Source of the DNA: Macrostomum lignano
Lineage: Eukaryota
Direction: 5' to 3'
Length of the DNA stretch: 64,000 nucleotides
Assembly (NCBI GenBank): GCA_002269645.1
Contig: NIVC01000132.1
Location: forward strand, 186,001 to 250,000
Shown here: positions 43,786 to 55,985 of the stretch, one piece after another
How positions within the stretch are numbered: position 1 is the stretch's first letter
Layout: each line of letters starts with the position of its first letter
Notes under the pieces: model-generated
What the model saw: the letters and a program-made list of their open reading frames with translations, nothing else
Database searches by the model: none
What the model was told of the DNA's origin: nothing
Program-made: the position numbers and the translations under genes

Positions 43786-44060
43786 ATCCGGTTCTCGGGT
43801 CTTTGAAACTTCACAACAGCAATTCGGCCCGCTCAAGGCTTGAGTCTCCTCTCAACTCTCTTCTCTCCTCTCTCCTCTCTCCTCTCTCCTCTCTCTTCTC
43901 TCCACTCTTCTCTCTTCTCTCCTCTCTCTTCCCTCCTCTCTTCTCTCTTCCCTCCTCTCTTCTCTCTTCCCTCCTCTCTTCTCTCTTCCCTCCTCTCGCC
44001 TCTCTTCTCTCCACTTCTCTCTCCTCTATTCCCTCTCCTTTCCTCTCATCCGGCCCGCAG
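43786..44060 (-). mobile_element. Dispersed element with internal GA/CT tract, copy B (inverted relative to copy A)
   Basis: See 18660-19262. CT-rich tract at 43848-44045, flanked by the 75-nt homologous block and ggcccgcag (44052-44060). Confidence 0.6.
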
Positions 44061-44728
44061 ACTTGAGCTGGATTCTTTTTCCGACTCTAGAGGTAAACTC
44101 AAAGAAAGAAGAAAGAAAAGAAAAGAAAAGAAAAAAAGAAGAAAGAAAGAAAACTAAAAAGAGCCAAACTCAAATTGGGTCCACAGCAACTCTCACCTGA
44201 AGCTCCAATATTTTACTTAGGAATCAGAATGTTTTAGCAACTAGTTTTTTTGCAAAAAAAGACAGCTTTAAAATGAAAACATTTGCATCTGATTTGAAAC
44301 TATTATTTTCGGAGACATTAGCTCATTAAAATTGAGTACTGTTTTTTTATTTATTAAAAACGTGTTTATCCGGCCTTTTTTCAATCATATTTTGAAACTC
44401 GTTAAAATTCTGGCGTAATAATTAAATGTGACACTACAGTTCATTAAATAGGAGTGTTGGAGAGACAAAAATCGGTGAGCAGTGCACATTGGTTTCTCAT
44501 ATCAGAGAGGGCTAGAAAAAAAGCAGAAACTGTCATTTTGCTCACATCTATAATTCATTGAAATTAGTGCAAATTTCTGTGACAAAATACAAGAAAACAA
44601 ACGTCTATTAAAACAAATAAAAATTTCTACGACCCCTATAGTATAGTATTACAGTATAGTATAGTACAGTAATGTACTGTACTACTGTATAGTGTATACT
44701 GTACTTATACTATACTGTACTATTGCAG

Positions 44729-47700
44729 TCACTGCGGCTTCAGCTCAACCGGAAACGGCACTAAACAATAAACGGCGTCAGTGGGCAGCAACCGGAAGTC
44801 GGCGCTGGGGCAGGCGATGACGAAGCGCCGACAAGAGGAGCTTCCGGCGCAGCGCCTGTAGGCGTCGCGGAATCGGGCGACGCCCAGGCAGAGGATGCCC
44901 TGCGACCGCAGCGCGCCGAGGAACAGCCGACCGAAGGTGCCGCCTTCCGAACCGGAAGCGATGTACTGCGCCAACCGACGGTCGGTCAGCGGCAGGCGGG
45001 CCATCCGGGATCGGCGCCATCGGTCTGGCACCGACGTTGTCGACTTCGCCTGCTGACCGTCGTCATCAATGGCGCCCGACTCGAAGTTGACATCGTCGTC
45101 ATCGTCCAATCCTTCGCAGCGATCGTCCTCAGCGGCTGGCTGGCTGGGCGACTCGACGCCGCCAGTGACGAGGGCGCGGACGAGACTCATCGCGCTGGGA
45201 TTATAGTACACGGTGGACAGCAGCGAGTCCAGGGCGCTGGCAGCGAATGCCGAACCGCAGACGAACGGCTGCGAGTTGTGCATCTCGTCGGCCTGCAAGT
45301 GGCGTCCGGGGATGGGATTCTGTTGCGAGTGTGGGGTGTCCAGGTGTGGGATTCTGTTGCGAGTGTGGGGTGTCCAGGTGTGGGATTCTGTTGCGAGTGT
45401 GGGGTGTCCAGGTGTGGGATTCTGTTGCGAGTGTGGGTGTCCAGGTGTGGGATTCTGTTTCGAGTGTGGGTGTCCAGGTGTGGGATTCTGTTGCGAGTGC
45501 GGGGTGTCCAGGTGTGGGATTCTGTTGCGAGTGTGGGGTGTCCGGGGATAGGAATCTGTTGCGAGTGTGGGGTGTCCAGGTGTGGGATTCTGTTGCGAGC
45601 GTGGGGTGTCCAGGTGTGGGATTCTGTTGCGAGCGTGGGGTGTCCAGGTGTGGGATTCTGTTGCGAGCGTGGGGTGTCCAGATATGGGATTCTGTTGCGA
45701 GTGTGGAGTGTCCAGGTGTGGGATTCTGTTGCAAGTTTGGGGTGTCCGAGGATCTCTCGCAGAAACAATGGAGCTGACACAGCCTCCTCAGGCTGGGGGC
45801 CCTCACCGGGCTGTCGTCATCCTCCTGGTCCAGAAACTGGACATTCTTGTCCACAAAGATCTCCGTAATCACAGGCGTCGGCGCTGTGGGCGCAGCAGCA
45901 TCCGCGGCGGCCACTCTGTCAGCGTCCATAGCCCGGATGTTGAGGGTACAGAGCACCACCTCCCGGTCCATCAGGTAGGGATCGATGGGGTCGCGCCACC
46001 TGGTTGCGCCCCTCGACCTGGCGCCTACAATGACGCAGGTGTCGCAGGCATTCAGGCCGGCTCGGCGCAGGACGGCGCGGCTCATGGGGCTGCCGGGCAG
46101 GGCGAACACGTCGGGGAAATGGCGGAGCGCCGGCCACTCTCGGCGAAGGTAGGCGGCGCCTCCGACTAGAACAACGGGCGCGAGCTCGCGACGTCTCAGA
46201 CTACTGGACCGGAGCGGCCGGAGGAAGCTGGCCAGGCCCAGGCCGGACGCTGCGGTGTCCCGGCCGGCCGCCACCACGCACAGGATGTGGTGGCCACGGA
46301 GCTTTGGCAGCTGGAGGGCCTCCTGGAAGCTGCGTGCCGGGCACCAGTGCCAGGCGCCTGCGGGTTGGAAAAGATGGTTCGGCAGCTGACACAAATTTGC
46401 TGTTGATTAATGTCCAATGACAGAGGGACTCTGTCGTTCACTGGTGCCACTTGAAACTAAGAGACACTGCAATCAAGGTAGATTCCACTTGACACTGAGA
46501 GACACCAAAATCAAGGTAGATGCCACTTGACACTGAGAGACACTGCAATCAAGGTAGATGCCACTTGACACTGAGAGACACCAAAATCAAGGTAGATGCC
46601 ACTTGACACTGAGAGACACCAAAATCAAGGTAGATGCCACTTGACACTGAGAGACACCAAAATCAGGTAGATGCCACTTGACACTGAGAGACAGCGCAAT
46701 CAAGGTAGATGCCACTTGACACTGAGAGACACTGCAATCAAGGTAGATACCACTTGACACTGAGAGACACTGCAGTCAAGGTAGATGCCACTTGACACTG
46801 AGAGATACCGCAATCAAGGTAGATATCACTTGACACTGAGAGACACTGCAATCAAGGTGGATGTCACTTGACACTGAGAGATACCGCGATCAAGATGCCA
46901 ATTCGCTTGAAAATAATTCATACCTGTACTATCAAAGAGTTCCTCTTCCTCGTTAACTTCCTCTACAGCTGTCAAAGTTTTGGCTTCGGCAGCCTCCATA
47001 CCCAAGCCAGCCGCCTGATGCGCAATCGGGCAGATCCGGGATGGCGACAGTGCCAGTTCAGCCGCTCGCCTGGCTTCGTCGTACGAGTCGGCGAGGAACA
47101 GGCCGCGGCAGCCCGGCTGGATGACGCAGGCGCTGCCAGACTGGCCGTCCTGCCGCAGGCTGGGATTCAACAGCAAGCGGCGCTGCTTCCGGTGATGTCT
47201 GTACGAGTGGAGACTGGGCGATGGTGGAGGGCAGGCGAGTTGGTTTAGGATCAGATTGAGTGCTAATTATGATCAGATGGCCAGCCTCTCTAAGCTTTGA
47301 TTGGATTTGTGACCGCTTTTGATTTTTTAATGAGCTTTTGTACATATTTAATTAGATAGTTGTATTAGTCACTGATTGCAGTGATATTAGTCACTGATTG
47401 CAGTGATATTAGTCACTGATTGCAAAGCCAATAGTCACTGATTGCAACGCTATTAGTCACTGATTGCAAAGCCAATAGTCACTGATTGCAAAGCTATTAG
47501 TCACTGATTGCAGTGCTATTAGTCACTGATTGGAACGCTATTAGTCACTGATTGCAAAGCCAATAGTCACTGATTGCAAAGCCAATAGTCACTGATTGCA
47601 GTGCTATTAGTCACTGATTGCAACGCTATTAGTCACTGATTGAAAAGCCAATAGTCACTGATTGCAGTGCTATTAGTCACTGATTGCAACGCTATTAGTC

Positions 47701-50700
47701 ACTGAGGTCTCACCTTGTCTGAGCCGCCGCAGCCGCCGCCGCGGCCGCCGCCTCATCCTCGGGCTCCTCCAGCGCCAGCAGGATGACACTCTCGCTGGCA
47801 TAACAGGCGGCGGCCGCCTCCGCAAACTCGACGCTCTGCAGCCCGACTCCCAGCCGCACTGAATAGATTTCATAGCAGCTGCCACGCCGATAATCCGCCT
47901 CCCAGACACTGTCGCCGAGCTGTCGAGCTTCAGACGGCATGGAACGGACAGCCAGCAAGTTGGCCATTAGCGTCGAGAATCCGGGCGCTGTACAGCTCTG
48001 CGCCAGCAGGCCCAGCGTCAGCTCGGAGACGCAGACGCACTCATCGCCGAGTCGCCAGTCCCAGCTCGGGATGCTAAGCAATCCGGCCCGATTTCGCTGA
48101 CGGAGCAGCTGGACAATGCAGCGCTGGCCGGGAGCGGCGTTCTTGATGGCGATGGCGCGCATGATGTTGGTGGAGTCCTCCTCGTCGGGGTCTTCGGCGT
48201 ATTTGTTGGCCAGGACCACGGCTGCCTCGGCTGAGTCTAACGCTACTCGGCTGAATGAGTGGTTGGTTATCGTGTAGATAGGTTGTTTTTACCTCTGGAT
48301 TCTGTGCATTCAGCAACATTAGAGGATACAGCCTGCACCCGCATTTATCATGTTTATCAGACACAGTGGTCTTGATATTTTACTCCATTTGTATGAGTCT
48401 GTTCTTCTAATAATAAATAATGAATGTCAAAATGATAGATGCGTGTCAGAAGCGACAGCTGTTTGTCAGAAGCGACAGCTGTTTGTCAGAAGCGACAGCT
48501 GTTTGTCAGAAGCGACAGCTGTTTGTCAGAAACGACAGCTGTTTGTCAGAAGCGACAGCTGTTTGTCAGAAGCGACAGCTGTTTGTCAGAAGCGACAGCT
48601 GTTTGTCAGAAGCGACAGCTGTTTGTCAGAAGCGACATCTGTTTGTCAGAAGCGACAGCTGTTTGTCAGAAGCGAGAGATGTTTGTCAGAAGCGACATCT
48701 GTTTGTCAGAAGCGACAGCTGTTTGTCAGAGACGACAGCTGTTTGTCAGAGACGACAGCTGTTTGTCAGAGACGACAGCTGTTTTTCAGAAGCTAGCGAC
48801 ACAGCAGTCAATGTGCCAGAAGCAAAGCTTGTGAGCCAGAAGCAAAAAGAACTGTCAGAAAGAAGCGTCAAAAATGAGCACACAAAGATGCGAGTCGGTA
48901 GTGAGCAATATGTCTGAGTGAAACAATATCGATTTGTACCAGGGGAGCCACCAATATTGGGGTGATAGATAGCTTTTAACAGACACAAACAGTTTTCATC
49001 GGAAACTTACGCGCAGTCGTTTGGCGACATGATGGTGCCCTCAAAAAAGGCCAGCTTGCGAAAGTGTCGCTTTAAAAGGCCCTGGAATTCTAGGTCCGGT
49101 ATGAACTGGCCGATGCAGACAACCTGAGGGAGGTTGAAATGATTGGATCTTGATTGGATTCCCACCTTGGCTTGAGAGGGTCGTGTTTGACTTCCAAATG
49201 AACTGGGTTGTTTTGGGATTGTGGGTCCTCCATTTACCTCCATGGTTTGTCTGGGTGCCTCCATTTATCACATTATTACTGGGGTGTTTTGTGGTGGTGG
49301 GAGCCTCTATTGAATTACTTAAGTGATTTGTGGTGGTGGGAGCCTCTATTGAATTACTTAAGTGGTTTGAGGTGGTGGGAGCCTCTATTTATTTACTTTA
49401 ATGCTTCGTGGTGGTGGGTGCCTCCATTTAGCTCTAATTACGGAGTGGTTTGTGGTGGTTGTGGGTGCCTCCATTTAGCTCTAATTACGGAGTGGTTTGT
49501 GGTGGTTGGTGGGTGTCTCCATTTAGCTCTAATTACGGGGTGGTTTGTGGTGGTGGGTGCCTCCATTTAGCTCTAATTACGGGGTGGTTTGGGGTGGAGG
49601 CCGTGTCTCCATTTAATGAATAATTGAGGTGGTTGGCGCCTTGGCAGCAGGGTGTTGTGTGTTTGCTAAATTTAGTTATACTCTTTCAGTTCTAATCCCT
49701 ACGCGATCAGCGATTTGCAGCCAATCAGTGATAATCAACTTCTAGCACCTGTAGATTGCGTGCTGTGGCCTGTTTTCTATCTTTGTGCAGCAGGTCGGCC
49801 AGGAAGCTCTCCATCGCATTCTGGCACACGGCGCCGCAGACCACCAGGTGTGGCCGACCAGTCTCCTTCCTGTAGCTGCCAGCGTACGGACTTCTGCTAG
49901 TGAGCATCTGCGCCATCTCTGGGATATGCGAGGCGAAGACGCTCAGCGCGAACAGGATGTACAGGCAGGCAAACACGCGGCCTGAGTCGGTTCTGGGCGA
50001 GATGTCACCATAACCGACCGTGCTCATTGTCACTATTGTGAAGTACAGGCTGTCTCCGAAGCCGATGTTCTGCGATAGCGTTAGATTTATTGTGTGCAAA
50101 TAGGGAATAAGTCATGCAATAAATTTTGTTTTTCTTAACCAAAGTCTCGCATCAAAATGTACAATATTTCTTTCTTTCCATTCTCTTCCTACCCGAAGCC
50201 CATCCTCACGCCCGATTTTCGTTCCCAGAGTCCACACTGTACACTGCCTCTCTCCGTTCTTTTCCTACCCCGAAGCACCACCTCACGCCCGATTTTTCGT
50301 CCCCAGATTCCACACTGTACACTGCCTCTCTCCGTTCTTTTCCTACCCCGAAGCACCACCTCACGCCCGATTTTTCGTCCCCAGATTCCACACTGTACAC
50401 TGCCTATCTCCGTTCTTTTCCTACCCCGAAGCACCAACTCACGCCTAAAATCTCGTCCCTCCTCACGGATCACACTGTACACTGCTTTTCCTCATTTCAT
50501 TACTAACTCAAAGTCCCAACTCACTTCCTATATAGCTCGTACTTATACTATCTCTTCAAAACTGTAGATTCACTGCATATCTTTATTTTTTTCCGACTCG
50601 TATCTGTAAAGATGTGTACAGTTCCACTTCGAGACTTAATTTCTTTTATTCACACCTCAAATTTTACATTCTTTTTCGTGAATATTACCAAGTGTATCAC

Positions 50701-53549
50701 ACCTTTTCCAATAATTCAGCAGTCCAAATAGTCTAAATTATCTAACCCTAGTATAGAAATTATACATGTTAATCAGCAGTTAAAGTACACAAGAAACAAG
50801 CAATAACTAGTAGTACAATCTAAACGCCCTTCTAGAAGAACTTAGCCAAGAGCTCAAGTCCTAGTTTTCATTTATAAATTCCGGTGTGCAACAGTAATTC
50901 CTCCTTGCTAGAACAAATAATGCCTTATACAGTGATTGCCAAAAGTTCAGGTTCTTTATAGTTTGCTCATGTCTTTTTATATACTGTTGTATACTGCCCC
51001 AGTTTAAAAGCCTGAAACTGTTGGTTTCCATGGTTACCGTTTGAGCACTTTTTTATGTCTTAACAATCTCCCAGGCTCAGTCAGGGGAAGGGTTGAGCAG
51101 CAGGTCTCACAACAGCAGCAGCCGCTGTGTCAACTCTGCTGTTTGTTCGCCGGTCTCTGCCAGTTCGCTGGAGAATGAACCGGACGAGCCTTTATTTTTG
51201 TTAAGCTCTGCGTCTCATAACGCAGGTTATTAATTTCAACCCTGCAAAGAGGTGTGCAAACATTAGGCTTGGCAGCTCTGCGTTGCCGAAGACCGATGGC
51301 TTATTTAATCAATTATTCAACTGTTGAAAACTGCTTTTACTTACTGTATGAAGCTAAAATGTTTTGTATAAAAATATACTAAATATCGTTACTATAATTG
51401 GGTACAAATTTCTTGAAATTTTTTTTCAATCGAGATATATGTGATTTCGATTGAGCCAGTGCTAGTGAATAGCGATTATTGATTTTATTTATCTAAAATA
51501 ACATAGATTAGATGATTGAATGACAAGTAAATATCTCACAAGGCACTATAAATTTGAGACGTAGCTAAGGTAACTCACAGTTTGGTGAGCAAGTAGCGCC
51601 TTCTCAATGATTTAAGTAAACAGTAGGAAGAAAATACGAGCTACCTTTCTTAGAAAATCTTTTGAAGGCTGGATTTACCCTTAAAAATGCACTATCGAGA
51701 AAGTAAATCCCACTACGAGCTATTGAGGGTTCCGTTGAGTGTCAACGGAGTGATTGACACACAAACATCATATTGCACCAAAACATTTTCCAGTTTGTTG
51801 GCTTTACCTACGTAAAATTTCGGCTTCTCAGCTGCATTCTGTTCTTAACAGCTGCAATTTGAATTTCAGCACTTTGTTGGCAAATGGCCACCCAGGAATC
51901 TTTCACGATGCACAACCTTGAAGTTCCAGTTTTTGTAGGGCGAAAAGCCCATATACATGTTTTTGGGCCCTTGTCTCCGTCAGAACCGACGGTGCGAAAG
52001 TGGTTCAGGCTGTTCAGCGAAGGACGCACCTCTGTTGAAGACGACGACCGCTCTGGGAGGCCGCAAACCGCGACTGATGAGTCGACAATGGCACGCGTTC
52101 AGCACCTGCTGGCAGAAGATCGCCAACAAACGTGTGAAGACCTGGAAGTGCCAGTCGGAACAATTCTCAATGGAGCCTACTGTTCCTGACTGCTGCAAGA
52201 GAAATTGCGACCAGCCGTCCGCAAGAAGCGGCCAAATCTGCTGGAGAAGGGAGTCAGAGTCTCCGCGACAGGCTCTCGACCGTTGTGACTGGGACTAACT
52301 TCTATTCAGAACATCCATATAAACCATCACATTGACGACAAAGCAATTCGACGATTGAGTAGAAGAATGCGACATGCAGTCGTATTTCCCAGAAATGTGT
52401 TTGGTTTGCAGGCCAGTTGTCGCATTTCTTGGAAAGAAGTGCTGTAGTTGATATTTGAGTGTTTTGTAAATAGTAAATCCTGCTATACTTAGTACCTCGA
52501 CTTGGCATCAACTGTGGCGATTAATACGCCTAGTAAGTTTCAGCAGAAATTTGCCTATTTCACTTTGCTGTAGCATTTTGTGTACTTATGTACGCATGTA
52601 CCGGCACTCTATCCAGCCACGTGCTGGGGGCTATACTTCATTTAAAAGCAACTCTGCTCCACTTTTAAACAAAAGTTCTCACAAAATCTTTGTCGAAATG
52701 CCTGTGCACATCGCCGAAATTCTCCAGCACGTGAAACACGCCAGCCCCGATGAGCCAGACGCCAACAAAGATGGTGAACAGCTGCAGCAGGCGGATGCTG
52801 TAGCCGCTACGGGCCAAGCCGAGGTGCAGCAGCAGGTCCGGCAGGACCAGCAGCCGGAGGCCGCGCATGAACCGCAGGCCCAGCCAGTAGTGGCCGATAC
52901 AGGCGCCCAGTAGAGTGGACGGCACTGTGCAGTAGTCAATGATGGACTGGAACTCCAGCCAGAAGGCCAATTTGTCCTGAGCGGCCAGGCAGCGCAGCAT
53001 AAAGTGCACGCCAAAGAAGCAGTTGAGGCCGAGGTCGACGCTAATCAGCGGCCACCGGGTCAGGCTGGTGCAGTACTCAACCAGACCGTCAAGGGCTGCC
53101 GCCACCGTGGCATAGATAGCGAACGACGCCATGCTGAGGAAGAAGGCGACCAGCATGAGGCCGAGCCCGAAGCGAGTCTGGGCGCACAGCAGTCCGGCCG
53201 CCCAGTCGCGCACAGCCGAGGAGCAGGTGCGCCGCTGCTGCTGCTTCTTTCGCTTCTTTTTCGCTTTTTTCGACTCAATTTTTGAGGCCAGTGACAATTC
53301 TGCGTCGGCCTGAGCGACCACGGCGCTTCTCAACGGTCCGACGTGGGCGAAGGCCGCGGACAGGGCGGAGCCAACTAGCCGCGACATCAGGATGATCAGC
53401 GGCCCGATGGCCAGGCTGGCCAGCACGGAGATCAGGTGCAAATACCAGAGCTGCTCGTGGCATCTTTCCAATACCGGTAGGCCATCCGGTTCGGGAGTAG
53501 CAGCGCTGGAGTTTCCAGGTTTTGTCGGCGCGACTGTAGAGGCTGTCAT
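44729..53549 (-). CDS. KCNMA1: Slo1/BK-type Ca2+-activated K+ channel alpha subunit, divergent paralog, 7 exons, ~1075 aa
   Basis: Exons 53549-52683, 50069-49749, 49123-49011, 48250-47714, 47198-46924, 46357-45807 and 45292-44729 (3228 nt in total, in frame). S0 is present. VRDWAAGLLCAQT, S4 WLGLRFMRGLRL, filter TMSTVGYGD, RCK1 HLVVCG...LLHKDR, LANKYAEDPDEEDSTNIMR, and Ca bowl NVQFLDQEDDDSP. Confidence 0.93.
45310..45742. repeat. 34-bp minisatellite GTCCAGGTGTGGGATTCTGTTGCGAGTGTGGGGT in Slo intron 6
   Basis: About 13 copies. Confidence 0.95.
46445..46893. repeat. 38-bp minisatellite CACTTGACACTGAGAGACACCAAAATCAAGGTAGATGC in Slo intron 5
   Basis: About 12 copies. Confidence 0.95.
47367..47705. 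repeat. 22-bp minisatellite TATTAGTCACTGATTGCAGTGC in Slo intron 4
   Basis: About 15 copies. Confidence 0.95.
48444..48790. repeat. 20-bp minisatellite GTTTGTCAGAAGCGACAGCT in Slo intron 3
   Basis: About 17 copies. Confidence 0.95.
49255..49615. repeat. ~45-bp degenerate minisatellite (CTCCATTTAGCTCTAATTACGG...GTGGTGG) in Slo intron 2
   Basis: About 8 variable copies. Confidence 0.88.
50170..50500. repeat. ~78-bp tandem repeat in Slo intron 1
   Basis: cctcacgcccgattttt...ccacactgtacactgc...ccgaagcacca recurs at ~50204, 50281 and 50359, with a degenerate fourth copy. Confidence 0.9.
51880..52260 (+). mobile_element. Internally deleted mariner transposase remnant in Slo intron 1
   Basis: TVRKWFRLFSEGRTSVEDDDRSGRPQTAT (mariner HTH/linker) is followed within ~150 nt by LLQEKLRPAVRKKRPNLLEKGV, which lies much further downstream in intact mariner transposases. 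Confidence 0.82.
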
Positions 53550-55084
53550 GGCTTGCTGCCTATAGCCGCTGCTGATTTCTGTTTGGCGATGGTTGGTTTC
53601 GTTTGAGAACCCAGCTTTGAGTATCTAGCTAATAGCTATGAATCGGTGCCGAGAGGAGCGAGAGGGAGAGCTGAAGGCGGGCTATGCACAATTGGTCGAT
53701 TCAATTCTGCACTTCTGGCCGTCGGCGTATCACTTCCCTCTGGCCAATAGCAGTCAGAGCTCTCTGTGTGCAGAGCTAGGGGCCTGTCGCGGCGAGTGTG
53801 CGACTCTGGTCAATCGTCCCAGTCCTGCCAGAGTAAGCGACAATATTGATGGGTCGGCAAACTCCCCGCAGCTGCTCCTCTGCTCCCTCTGCTCCTCTCC
53901 CCCGCGCTCGCTTTGTTTTTTCCTCTCATAATTCCACTGTCAAGCTGCAGTCCGACTGTGAAGAGCTGGAGTGCGGACCTCTGGGCTAGCAAAATTGGAT
54001 CGATACCCACACGGTTGCTAGGTGCAATTAAGCTGCCGTCGACTTGCTCAGACTGTATGTGCATTGTGAGCGAGAGAGATGCATCCAGAGACCGGAAACT
54101 GCCTGACCAATGGTAACTAACGATCGATCTCAAATAATTACAGACTGCAGGGCCAATGGTTTTCGGCACTATATTTAATTAATAAGCAAATTAAACAAAC
54201 AATTCCTACCTTGATTTGCCGAGTCGATAAAGTTGTTGCCAATCATAATTTTCAGATTAAAGCGCTAGGCATACTTTACTTTTGACTCTAGATTGTTTTG
54301 ATTCTAGAAGTGACTCATACAGTGTACCATGTTCTTCTCAGATTGATTCTGTATGCTTAAGCTGGGCAATAATTAAGTTCGAGGTCGTGTTCATTTTGTT
54401 CTTGTGAGCCAAGATCTGTACTAAATGCATATATAGTCGTACGAGTAGTACATGTTAATGTACATAATATGCATTACGTACTAGGTGCGCTTTGCATGTA
54501 CAATTACTACTGTACTGCTGTACTGTTCATGTACATCTGCACAACCGCTTCAAATGAAGCAAAATATAGATTCCAAGAACATTGTGCAACACAGACCCCG
54601 AGGACTGAGCAGAATTTCAACGTGTACATATAATTAAGGCGTTAATTTCAACAAACAAAGTTGATGCCAGTTAATGCATATGCGGTAGTGGCCAAGGTAC
54701 ATGCGTACCCATTATTGATCTCGATTTGTTGGCCGTATAACGTTAAATGAAACATGAAAGAAGAAAATTTACATGTACATGTAGATCAAGAAGTGCCAAA
54801 GCACAAAAGGAATTGATATTCCGCGTGTACAGCATATCCTGTTTGATCAAATATTTCTTCGGATGAATTTATAAATACTCGCTTTTTAATTACGTTATTT
54901 TTTATCACAAACCATTTCAGGTAGTGTACATACATGTAATACATGTACTTATCTTATCTTATCTAACCAAAGCTACGTACACTCGATATTGCATGCCATA
55001 TTCATCTCCGCACAACTATACATACATGTATGACGTGGAAACCAAGCTGGACCACTGCATGTTGTGTACGTGTTATACAGAAAT

Positions 55085-55985
55085 CAGCGCGTCTGGGGGA
55101 AGGAGATTACCCTCTATTCGGACAGTCAAGCGGCGATCCACGCACCACTACCTGCTTGCGTACAGTCCTGGACTGCATTGGGCAGCTCAACCGCTTAGGC
55201 GCCTCAAACAAGGTGTTCCTAAGGTGGATCCCCCGGAACTCGGGCCACCCTGGCAACGAGTTGGCCGATCGCCTGGCCAAGGCTGGCTCGACCGGTTCTT
55301 TTACTGGTCCACTGCCCGTGGCACCCACCCCCACCGCCGTTGTCACCATGCATTCGGATCAACCAGTGGGTGCATGGCTTCAAAGCACAGGGAGAGGTGG
55401 GCTAACGCCCCTGACTGCCGGCAATCCCACGCGGCTGTCCCCTGTCCTTCCTCCGCCCTGCGCAGGGTCCTGCTTGTTGGACTCAATTCCGCAGGGATAT
55501 CAGGGCGGTGACTATGGCCCTCTCGGGTCATGGCTGTTTTGCCAGGCGTCGCCACCTCCAGCAGGGAAAAATCCGTAGTGAGGAGTGCCCATTCAGCGAT
55601 CTGGTGTCGAGAATGCGGAGCACTTCTTCTGTGAATGCCCCGCCTTTACTCAGGACAGGCTCACCTACCTTGGCCCAAACGGCCGGCCGACCTCTCCGAC
55701 GTTTTCAGGCTCGAGAACCTGATCTGCCATGCAGCTCGTCCGCTACCTACAGGGGCTACCGCGGGTGAGCGACCATCCATGCCAACCTCCTGGACTCTCC
55801 GGAAGCAAAGGGGGACCATGCTGCGGACACCAGCACCACCGGATCTCCATGCGCGACACCGCAGCACTAGCTGCCCATGGTCGCCAGGGGTTAGCAAAAT
55901 GGGGGGCAACGCCTACTCTATCGCTGCATCCGCGGATGCACGGAGCTGCCCCCTGCAGCCAAGTCAAGTAAGCAGTCAAGTCATA
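55085..55985 (+). mobile_element. 5'-truncated non-LTR retrotransposon 3' end: RNase H domain, Cys/His knuckle, 3' UTR and (CAAGT)n-like tail
   Basis: [12 protein letters not shown] / [39 protein letters not shown] (non-LTR RNase H), then ALSGHGCF...ECPF...ENAEHFFCECP across frameshifts. Ends in caagtcaagtaagcagtcaagtca. Confidence 0.88.

Noticed and set aside
51024-51037. RFX X-box-like GTTTCCATGGTTAC in Slo intron 1
   Set aside because: A single imperfect short match far from any start; could be chance.
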